From: Octopus sinensis
Lineage: Eukaryota
Direction of reading: 5' to 3'
DNA: 44,581 nt
NCBI RefSeq assembly: GCF_006345805.1
Contig: NW_021834919.1
Span: 1 to 44,581, forward strand
The position numbers were made by a program, and so were the translations under genes. The notes below the pieces were generated by a model, which was given only the letters and a program-made list of their open reading frames with translations, made no database searches and had not been told where the DNA came from. Positions 35,126 through 44,581 of the stretch are shown here, in pieces. Each line of letters opens with the position of its first letter. The stretch's first letter is position 1.

Positions 35126-35521
35126 AGAATTGTATCGCAATTGTTTCATAGATTGCCCCACGATATTGCATTACTCACCACCGAAAGAATATTTAGTCCA
35201 TCACAATCATAAATTGAATGAATTGTTTCGATTATAAACGTCCTGCAGAGAATGCTGGTTAGAAATTGGTAGCCAGCAATTAAGGAACGTTACAAATCAT
35301 AAAATAAACGCAATGAAACTAATAGCAACAATAAAAATAAAACTGCGAGGACTTACGTTTTTAAGCTTGTTTTAAATTAATTTAAAAGTCAGGCATCTTG
35401 GAGGAGTTAGATCTAGACTTATGATCACGGGAATGCAAGTATAATCTCACTGGGTTTTCCCCAGATATGAAGAAGTCAGTTCCACGATTGTTTCATTTAA
35501 GTTATTTATGTATTATTACAG

Positions 35522-35827
35522 TGGAGGCACACGGCCTAGTGGTTAGAGCTGCGGACAGGCGGTCGAGGTATCGCGGGTTCGAATTTCAGACCGGGTGGTG
35601 TGTGTGTTTATGAGCGAAACACCTAAGCTCCACGCGGCCCCGGCAGAAGGTAATGGCGAACTTCTGCTGACTCTTTCGCCACAACTTTCTCTCACTCTTT
35701 CCTCCTGCACCTAGCAGCTCACCTGAGACGGACCGGCTTCCAGTCCAGGTGGGGAACCTATACACCAAGGAAACCGGGAAAACCGGCCCTAATGAGCCAG
35801 GCATGGCTCGAGAAGGAACAACACATA
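35522..35827 (+). mobile_element. Chimeric SINE: family D-like 5' part plus family B-like 3' part
   Basis: GAGCGAAACACCTAAGCTCCACG...CAACTTTCTCTCACTCTT (D) followed by GTCCAGGTGGGGAAC...GGAAACCGGGAAAACCGG...ATGAGCC (B); 11-bp TSD TATTATTACAG at 35511-35521 and 35828-35838. Confidence 0.85.
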
Positions 35828-35847
35828 TATTATTACAGAATTGCCTA

Positions 35848-36050
35848 AGGCAGCTTGTTGGCAGAATTGTTACCGCAAAGAGCTTAGCAGTACTTTATCC
35901 GTCTTTATGGTCTCGGTTCAAATTCCACCAAAGTCGACTTTCCTTTTCATCATTTCGGAGTTGAAAAAATTAGTACCAGTTGAGCACTGGGGTCAATGTA
36001 ATCAACAAGTCTCCTCTCATAAAATTTTATGCCTTGTGCACCTCTGTGCA
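35848..36050 (+). mobile_element. SINE family E, diverged
   Basis: GGCAGCTTGTTGGCAGAATTGTTA...TTCAAATTCCACC...GTCGACTTT...GTACCAGTTGAGCACTGGGGTC. Confidence 0.75.
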
Positions 36051-36183
36051 AAAGCGTATTACTGAATCTCCTGTGGTTGACTGTTGCATGAAGAACTTGT
36101 AGCTAAGAGAGGACTGCCAGAAAATACTCAGCCAAAAGGAAACTAACGTTAATGACGACTGACCACAGAAACATGTAGTTGAG

Positions 36184-36578
36184 TTTAAGGCGGCGAGGTG
36201 GCAGAATCTTTAGCACGCTGGGCGAAATGCTTAGCGCTATTTCGTCTGCCGCTACGTTCTGAGTTCAAATTCCACCGAGGTCGATTTTGCCTTTCATCCT
36301 TTCGGAGTCGATAAATTAAGTACCAGTTACGCACGGGTCGATATAATCGACTTAATCCGTTTGTCTGTCCTTGTTTGTCCTCTGTGTTTAGCCCCTTGTG
36401 GGTAGTAAAGAAATAGCTATTTCGTCTGCCGCTACGTTCTGAGTTCAAATTCCGCCGAGGTCGACTTTGTCTTTCATCCTTTAGTGGTCGATCTGGCGTC
36501 GATCTAATCGACTTAATCCCTTCGTCTGCCCTTGTTTGACCCCTCTATGTTTAGCTCCTTGTGGGCAATAAATAAATA
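36184..36578 (+). mobile_element. SINE family E partial dimer (~1.7 units) inside one TSD pair
   Basis: Second unit restarts at GCTATTTCGTCTGCCGCTACG (~36417); 17-bp TSD AGAAACATGTA(G/A)TTGAG at 36167-36183 and 36579-36595. Confidence 0.88.
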
Positions 36579-36999
36579 AGAAACATGTAATTGAGAAGCA
36601 AGCTACTTACCACGCTGAAATTATTAGGACTAGAGTGTTCAATTTCTTACTCTACTTGCATGTGCGCAGTTCATCAAAACTACTGCTAGTGGTTAGATTG
36701 TTTTCAAGAAATGAACGAGGGAGGGATGAAAATACTAAACAAATTTTGAAAGATATTGGGAATGAAGATCCATTTAATATCCTTTCTGATAATATTGTGC
36801 AGAAGGTTGAGACAAAGAATTTTGTCTAAAATCTTTTTTCGCAACGGCAGTACAAGTCCTCTAGAAAAATCGAAATGGGAAATTAGGGAAAGCACTCTTC
36901 TGTCGAGAACACGAGTTCATAACAGACGTGTATTTTGTGAACGTGGGCGCAATATTGTCATTTATCACTCGACGCTTTGATCAGATGAATATATTCAAG

Positions 37000-37374
37000 A
37001 CTAGCAGTATCGCCCGGCGTTGCTCGGGTTTGTAAGGGAAATAACTATAAAGCATATTTAGAGAGTTATAGCCAAAAAATGGAAAAAAAAATGATGGTAA
37101 ATTTTTTTTAGTTAAAAAGGTCGAGTTGCGTCCCCTAGACAGTCTGTGGTTTGTGTTTCTCATTCTCGACCCCATGTCGAATTTATCGATTTTTTTCAGA
37201 ACTGGGGGAACTTTTCAAAATTTTCCCTGCGTTAGTTTTGAATTATGACATTGGGCTATGTGTGTGTCAAGTTTCATGAGAATCGGTTGAAAGCCGTGGT
37301 CAGGGTGAGGGTACAAGCAAACAGACACGCAGAAACACGCACAGACAAACTGCCGTTTATATATAGAGAGAGAT
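37000..37374 (+). mobile_element. Non-autonomous Helentron/DINE-1-like (HINE) element
   Basis: 5' ACTAGCAGTATCGCCCGGCGTTGCTCGGG hairpin; 3' AAGTTTCATGAGAATCGG...(ACAGAC)-like microsatellite...TTTATATATAGAGA; shares its 5' block with 43263. Confidence 0.75.
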
Positions 37375-37734
37375 AAGTGACATTGCTTTTTAAGGCGATC
37401 AACAAACGGAATACGTTATCAGAGACAAGTTTTATTGAGAAAAATGCCATTTGCAAATGCCATTGACGTTAATTCTTTCATAACTTACTTTCCATCATTT
37501 CCAGATTCAATGAGAGGGCGATTCAATTTGTTTATTTGCTCATATTGCAAGCATGTCGTTCCAAATATTTTCATCATCAAAGTTCCCATTATGGGAGTTA
37601 ATTTTCTCACGGCCCCCGTTTTTTTTTTTTTTTTTTTTGTATTTTAGCTATATTCCTTTAGGGTTGTCTCCTGAATATGTTTGGTTTCATTTCTGGGTTT
37701 CATTAACTAACAACAAACTCGTTTTCCAGTTCAT

Positions 37735-37736
37735 AT

Positions 37737-37789
<53 letters not shown>

Positions 37790-37900
37790 TATATATATAT
37801 TATATAATATATGTATATATATATATATTATATATATATATATATGTAATTATATATACTAGTATATATATATATATATAATATATATATATATATATAC

Positions 37901-37932
<32 letters not shown>

Positions 37933-38027
37933 ATATATATATATATATTTATATATTATATAATCTATGTATATATATATCATGTGTGTGTGTGTGTGTG
38001 TACTATGTGTGTGTATAACACACCGCG

Positions 38028-38059
<32 letters not shown>

Positions 38060-38070
38060 CATACATGCGT
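37735..38070. repeat. Interrupted (TA)n/(TG)n/(CA)n microsatellite
   Basis: Direct. Confidence 0.95.
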
Positions 38071-38335
38071 GGAGGCGCGTGGCTTAGTGGTTAGGGTGTC
38101 AGTCAGCACCATGATCGTAAGTTGTGGTTTCGATTCCTGGACCGGGCGACGCTTTGTGTTCTTGAGCAAAACACCTCATTTCACGTTACTCCAGTCCACT
38201 CAGCTGGCAAAAATGAGTAACGCTGCGATGGACCGGCGTCCCGTCCAGCTGGGGAACACGTACGCCACGGAAACCGGGAAACGGGGCTCCATGAGCCTGG
38301 CTAGGCTTTAAAAGGGCGCATTTATTATTTATTTA
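38070..38335 (+). mobile_element. SINE family B, full length
   Basis: Colinear with 8001-8254; ATTT tail. Confidence 0.92.
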
Positions 38336-38929
38336 TTTTATGCATACATGCACACATACATTCATACATACATAAATACATATTTTTATACTTGCAAAGA
38401 CACAACACATACACACACACTCTCTCCCTCTCTCCTCTCTCTCTCTCTCTGTATATATATCTGTGTGTGTAAATATATGGAATTTATATGCATGTAGTTT
38501 ATGTGGGTGCTCTTAGCGTTGGTGAGGTTTATGCACATACAAAATCAGAGCGGCATACGATTGTTTAAGTGTGACGTCACTGATGCGATTGTGCAGTCTA
38601 TAGTTCCTTTGGCTTTTGATCTAATTGGTATGAGTACAATTTGCGAGTGCATTGTCTACGTTGTATATAACGTGCAGTACAAGTGTGTTTGTCAGGCAAG
38701 AATCTGTCAGAGGTGTGTTTCAAGCCTCCTTTCCATTGCGACTAAATACCAGAGATATTCCAAGCATGTAAGATGTTTTGTCTTTATTTTATTTTATTCT
38801 ATTTTACAGAAATAGCTATCATTTCACGCCCTAACCAAGTGTAATACGAGTTCTTACATACACACATCCGTGTAAACATACTTACTCACGCATGTATACA
38901 AATTTGCATACGAACGTGTGTGCATGTAT

Positions 38930-38977
38930 TACCGTATACATGCAGACATGTATGTATACAAATACACAAACACATGC

Positions 38978-39015
<38 letters not shown>

Positions 39016-39132
39016 TTAATTTACATTATGTATGTATATATATATACACGCGCATGTAAGCATACCCATAAATACAATACATACATATATATCTACATTA
39101 TATATGTATACATATACATACATATATATATA

Positions 39133-39174
<42 letters not shown>

Positions 39175-39808
39175 TGCATATACATGTTTACATATATATG
39201 TGGATATATATATATATATTATATATATATATATATATATGGTGCATATATGTTATATATATATATACATATATATATGATTATATCTATATATTATATA
39301 TATATATATATATATCTATATATATATATATATATCTATAATATATACATTTGCAGTCCTATTAAATCTTTGTCTCTTTTGAAAGAAACAATAGTTATTT
39401 CTTGACATATTATGTATGTATGTATGTATGTATGTATGTATGTATGATGTATGTATGTATCTATCTATCTATCTATATATATATATATATGTATATATAT
39501 ATCTATATATATATATATGCATATATACATTTACTTACATGTATATGTGTGTGTGTGTTCATACACGCATTAATATAGCTTAGCAATACAATATATCCCA
39601 ACACAAGACGGCGATGGCGATGACGCTCCTCCCGCAACTGTAGCCCCATTCGCGCGCTCCCTATTGCCCTTCCCAAAATACCTGTTTAAGGAGGTTGATT
39701 ATAAGGAGCCGGGTTGCAGGAACAAGTTGAGGGTATAAATATTTATGTGGGTGTGAAAGAGCTCTTTGTTTTTTTGTGCTTCTTCTATTTTTCGTGTCCT
39801 ATATAATT

Positions 39809-39865
<57 letters not shown>

Positions 39866-39882
39866 ACACACACACACATATA

Positions 39883-39936
<54 letters not shown>

Positions 39937-39962
39937 ATGTATGTATGTATGTATACACACAT

Positions 39963-40017
<55 letters not shown>

Positions 40018-40097
40018 CATGTATGTATGTAACATGTATACATACATGTAAATAAATGTATCTTTTTATACATATATATACATACATATGTATATAT

Positions 40098-40154
<57 letters not shown>

Positions 40155-40155
40155 C
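38930..40155. repeat. Extended (TA)/(CA)/(TATG) microsatellite cluster with a ~250-bp unique GC-richer island at ~39560-39800
   Basis: Direct. Confidence 0.9.
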
Positions 40156-41057
40156 CTTAACAGTATATCTACTTAACTCTTGTTTTCCACGAATATTTTT
40201 TCCTTTCTTATTTTATTATTTCTGTATTTTCTTTGCTTTATTTCATGTTTATATTTTTGTTTTAATCATTTCTTTCGTGAAGTTTTTTTCTACTTCCTTC
40301 AAGTCTAAGAGAAGAAAATATTACAACTGATTAATTGCGTGGGAGTGAAATACTGCATGTGTGAGTATGCGTACGCGCTGTGTGTGTGTGTGTGTGTGGT
40401 GTGTGTTTGTGCGTGCCTGTGTGAATGAGTGAGTGTGTGTGTGTGTGTTTGTGTGTTTGGCGAGGTGACTGCATGTCTGTTTGTGTGTCTGTGTGTTTTT
40501 GTGTCTCCCTCACACACAAAAAAAAAAGGCGTCATGCATATATATGTGTTAATATGCTTTTGTATGTTTATGTGTATGTTCATATGTGATATGTATGTTT
40601 GCGTGCACGCGTGTGTGTGTAAGGGTGGCGCATAGAGGTTTTTTTAAAATTATGGCTAGTCTCAGACCGACTCTGCAACCCAGTTTTCAATTATTACTTA
40701 CCTTATCAAATCTCTTCAAAATTCCTGATACACTTGCTGTCATGTGTACGCTTTCTCAGATGTACAAATCAAATCTCGTACTAGTAACTCAGGCTTTCCT
40801 GACACAGTTCTCTACAAAAGGCGTCTCAAATTTCCATCATATATCCTAGTCAATAGTTAACATAAAGTTAGGTTCCGTCAGATAAAATGAAGAGAAGATA
40901 TAAAGAGGCTCTGATGAGGGTACTGTTTGGATCCCACAATGCAGTACCTTGGACAAATATCTATTGATTCAAATGGACTCAGTTCCTATGGGTGTGGCTG
41001 ATTTGATCAAAATTGCATGGAAACTAGGGATGGATTCTACGTCAGTGGCGCAACGTG

Positions 41058-41360
41058 GGTGGAGGTGCGTGGCTTAGTGGTTAGGGTATTTGACTCGCGA
41101 TCGCAAGATTGTAGTTTCGATTCCTGAACAGGGCGATGCGTTGTGTTCTTGAGCACAACACTTTATTTCACGTTGCACCAGTCCACTCACCTGTAGAAAT
41201 GAGCACCACAGGTGGAGGTGCGTCGCTTAGTGTTTAGGGTGTTGGATTCACGACCGTAAGATTCTGGTTTCGATTCCTGGACCGGGCAAAGCGTTGGGTT
41301 CTTGAGCAAAACACATCATTTCATGTTGCTCCAGTTCACTCAGCTGTAGAAATGAGCTCA
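41058..41360 (+). mobile_element. Two tandem 3'-truncated SINE heads (B/C type)
   Basis: GGTGGAGGTGCGT(G/C)GCTTAGTG...CAGT(C/T)CACTCA(C/G)CTGTAGAAATGAGC occurs twice (41058-41205, 41213-41358). Confidence 0.88.
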
Positions 41361-41401
41361 GTCTGGAGAGAAATGAGCTCCACTAGGCTTTCAAGCTCTA
41401 G

Positions 41402-41680
41402 ATACGCTGCATGGCAGCAGCGCCCCAACGACCCCCAAAGAGTTAAGGGACTTGTCAATTGTCAATGCGGTAGCCAAATTAGTCGCCCCCTTCTTTAAAC
41501 GTAGCATATCTTCTACAAGAGATGTGTCAAACGTGGCTGTCTTGTGCGGTATGTGCCGTACGCTCACCTCACAGACTCCACGCTTCACCACCGTTTTACA
41601 TGTAGATCAAGGTAGATATCTTCTCAAACGCCGTGTCACTTTCATTCTTCCATTAAATGCACAAGAGTCTGTAGATTACG
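41402..41680 (+). CDS. Candidate internal exon, unknown product
   Basis: Open frame 41377-41748; AG at 41400-41401, G|GTAAGG donor at 41681; 279 nt, phase 1-1. No recognisable homology; weak pyrimidine tract. Confidence 0.15.
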
Positions 41681-42627
41681 GTAAGGTTGTAGCGATTCTG
41701 CTCATGACTGGGAGAAGGGTTTCTTCAGCATCTTACTCAGCCTTTTAAATCGTGAATCTTTTCCGACGTTTTCCGATTTGCGACTGTTGAAACCCTAGGT
41801 ATAATAGTTTCCTTGGCCTGCTTTTGTTGCCTTTCTTTTATTTATAACCTCTCCAATTCATCTAGATAGAAAATCATTGAACCATTTTTAATCTTATGTA
41901 TGTAATAGTTTGTATTTCTGCTCTGAACAACGCGTCTTAAAACCTTTTCGCAGCATTCACTACAGGATGAAGTCATTTTGTGATCTTTGGTAGTGAGTAA
42001 AAAGGTTGTATATCCATATAGATCATTTACGGCCATTTTTCACGAAAACTCCCTTCATAACAAAACAATGAAAAGAAGTTTATTTTGTTACATTCTTGTC
42101 CTTTACGCCGTGAGATCATCTCCTCACCAATGTCGACTTTATATTTTACCCTTTCATGGTCGATAAAATACAGGCCAAGTATTGGAGTCGTTGTAAGAAA
42201 CCAATCTCTTCTCCTCAAAATTGCTGGCCTCGTACCTAAATTAGAAACATTTATTTTTATTTTTATTACATTTGGTGCTTAATTAATATTTATTGACTTA
42301 TGGTCCACCAATCCCTGATAATCTAGAAATTAGTGAAACTACAAAGTTTTGACTATGGCGAATGGAATTCTCAAGCCAGAAACTTGGTTCAAATACTTAC
42401 AAAAGACTACTAAAGGTATCCGAGGATCCAGTAGTGTTTTAAATCTCACAAAGGTGTGTTTATAAAGTAAAACCTTCCAGTGTACATTTACCCAAGGTGA
42501 CGCGCAGTGGGATCGAACCCGAAACCAAGTAACTGCAAATTGACTTGACGACCCAGAGATACTTATGCCAATTATATCCAACTAAATGTAATACTACTTT
42601 ACCGTTTTTCACTCGTTAGTCCTCTGA

Positions 42628-42826
42628 CAGTGTGTGCTGAACCTTAAACAATTACACCAGGATAGAATTATGGACAAGATTTTAAAAGAACGCACATATA
42701 AGGTTACGAGCAAAACGCCCCCCCCCCACGTCCAATCGACAGTGCTGAGTTGTCAAACATTTAAAACAAATTTTCTCAAAACAACTTGTCCGACCGTCCC
42801 ATAGGCCTCCCCTTTGAGAAACACTG
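42628..42826. mobile_element. Possible decayed hAT MITE
   Basis: CAGTGTGTGCTGAACC ... TTTGAGAAACACTG; no matching 8-bp TSD. Confidence 0.4.
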
Positions 42827-43114
42827 ATTTAACCTAAATTTGAGACACCAGCAAAAGAAGAAATAAAGATAGACTTTTTTCTATTCCAAAGAAAAACGAT
42901 TTTATTCACACAAATATGCAACCGAAGAGTTTAAAGTACCAGTAATGATAAGGCTGTTGACTGGGAGAACACAAACATGGTTTAAACAGTAAGCTTGGCA
43001 GGAAAGAAACGTGCCTTTGAGCAGTACAAAAACAACAAAAAATGGAAGGTGCAGTTATGTACAGGTTGACGGAAGAAAAACAGGACAAAAACGGTTTTAT
43101 CGATCGCATTCTTA

Positions 43115-43262
43115 CCTGAAGTCGATTTTTGTAATTTTTGTCAAGACTTATACACTCCCTGATACCACCAGTATCTACATATCAAATTTGAGCGCAATCG
43201 GATGGAGGATGGCCGAGATCCGAGAAGACACACAGACAGACAGAACGGATTTTATATAAGAG
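43115..43262 (+). mobile_element. 3' end of a HINE/DINE-1-like element
   Basis: CAAATTTGAGCGCAATCGGATGGAGG...CACACAGACAGACAGAACGGATTTTATATAAGAG. Confidence 0.65.
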
Positions 43263-43651
43263 ACTAGCAGTATCGCCCGGCGTTGTTCGGGTTTGTAAGG
43301 GAAATAACTACATAAGCATTTTTAGAGAGTTATAGCCAAAAAATAGCAAAAAAATGCATTAAAAATGGAAAAAAAAATGATGGTAAATTTTTTTTTAAAT
43401 CGTTGACTCATCGTAGACATTTTTAGAGAGTTACTTCCCTTATATAATAGCGAAAAAATGCATTAAAATGGAAAAAAAAATGATGGCAAATTTTTTTTAA
43501 ATCGTAGACTCATCGTAGACGCGCGCTAATACACAGAAGGGCTCGATATGAATCACGACTATAAGATATCCGGTTTGGGTTAAACTGCACAGCAAAATGT
43601 GGGAGTAGTTAGGAATCTAAATCGCACAACTTCACTTTTATATATAAAGAT
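43263..43651 (+). mobile_element. HINE/DINE-1-like element with internal tandem duplication
   Basis: ACTAGCAGTATCGCCCGGCGTTGTTCGGG start; ~68-bp block at ~43350-43418 repeated at ~43453-43519; TTTTATATATAAAGAT end. Confidence 0.75.
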
Positions 43652-43714
43652 ATCCACTTTTTTGTTTTGTCTTCACAGGATTTTATGTGCTAAAAACCAA
43701 AGCAGCGTGTTTGT

Positions 43715-43925
43715 AGATTAGCTAAGGCGTCGGACAAAACGCTTTGCGGAATTTCTTGCAACTCACTTGGTGGTTCTGAATTGAAATTGCGCCGAGGTCG
43801 ACTTGACCGTTTAACTTTTCGATGTCGACAAAGTAAGGTACCAGTTAAGTACTACGGTCGATGTATTCGTCTTCGCCCCTGTCCTCAAAACTACTGACCA
43901 TACATCTAAATCAGAAATCATTATG
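43715..43925 (+). mobile_element. SINE family E, diverged
   Basis: TTGAAATTGCGCCGAGGTCGACTT...GTCGACAAAGTAAGGTACCAG. Confidence 0.65.
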
Positions 43926-43984
43926 AATGCTCTATGCTTTCAAACAATTTCTCGAAGCTTGGTCACTAATATAATAACGGTTTC

Positions 43985-44581
43985 AATTTTTGGCACTAGA
44001 CCAGTAATTTCGGGGGCGGGGCGGCTAAGTAGATTACATCGACGCCACTGCTCAACTGGTATTATTTCATCGACCCGGTGAGGATGAAAGATAAAGTCGA
44101 CTTCGACGGAATTTGAACTTAGAACGTGAAGACGTACGAAATGCCGCTAAAAATTCTACCCGGTACGCTAAAAATTCTGCCATCTCGCTGCCTTACATCA
44201 CTGACTAAATAATTTGTTCTCCTATTAGCACAAAGACTGAAATTCGCGAGAGGTAATAGTCGATTACATCGACCTCAGTACTTAACTAGTACTTAGTCGA
44301 CCTTGACAGAATTTGGATTCAAGTCGTGAAGACCGACCAAACACCGCTAAGCTTTTCGCCTGGCCTGCTAACGATTCTGCCAACTCGCTGCATTCGCCAC
44401 TGACATAATAGCAATGCCTAAGGTACTAATTAATTTTTAAAATAATTTCTCTCTTTTTTAATCAGTATAATTAAATATTCTTTTCTGCACTAGTCACAAG
44501 GCCCAAAATTTGTGGGGAGGTGGCCAGTCGATTAGATTGACCACAGTACGCAACTGGTACTTAATTTATCGACCCCGAAAG
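43985..44581 (-). mobile_element. Three tandem family E SINE copies; the last runs off the window end
   Basis: Repeating GATTACATCGAC...AACT(G/A)GTA...CTGCCA(T/A)CTCGCTG units at ~43985-44200, ~44225-44400 and ~44480-44581. Confidence 0.85.

Noticed and set aside
36705-36829. Possible + strand exon (NERGRDENTKQILKDIG...)
   Set aside because: Plausible acceptor but weak donor and no homology recognised.
37485-37620. Minus-strand open stretch ending in a GTAAGT donor (similar isolated donor near 40700)
   Set aside because: No in-frame acceptor upstream, stops nearby, no recognisable protein; isolated donors are expected by chance.
40904-40960. CTGATGA followed by an 8-bp hairpin GGGTACTG/CAGTACCT
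   Set aside because: GAAA is replaced by TGGA and no stem I or III partner exists; half a hammerhead at best.

Overview
Eukaryotic, essentially gene-free, repeat-saturated DNA. The tRNA-derived SINE families and very dense (TA)n/(TG)n/(TCTA)n tracts suggest a cephalopod, probably Octopus; this is inference from pattern recognition, not a database hit. No intact protein-coding gene is supported, and most long ORFs are microsatellite read-throughs. Decayed transposable elements account for most of the window: two Penelope-like elements (RT plus GIY-YIG at ~4.6-6.6 kb; GIY-YIG between 85-bp direct repeats at 20.1-20.9 kb); a DD41D Tc1/mariner nested inside a DD37D (maT) element; a DD34D mariner cut by a SINE; Tc1 and hAT MITEs; RTE and CR1/L2-like LINE ends; Helentron/DINE-1-like elements; and more than 25 SINE copies from about six families. 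The most notable observations are (1) several short hammerhead-ribozyme-bearing modules sitting in microsatellites, with a near-canonical type I hammerhead at 17893-17968; (2) an RTE derivative made only of 5'UTR plus 3' end; (3) a LINE 3' tail shared with the commonest SINE; (4) a TSD-flanked chimeric SINE; and (5) a 1.4-kb polypyrimidine array with a 342-bp higher-order repeat. Family labels A-F are my own working names. All alignments and translations were done by eye.
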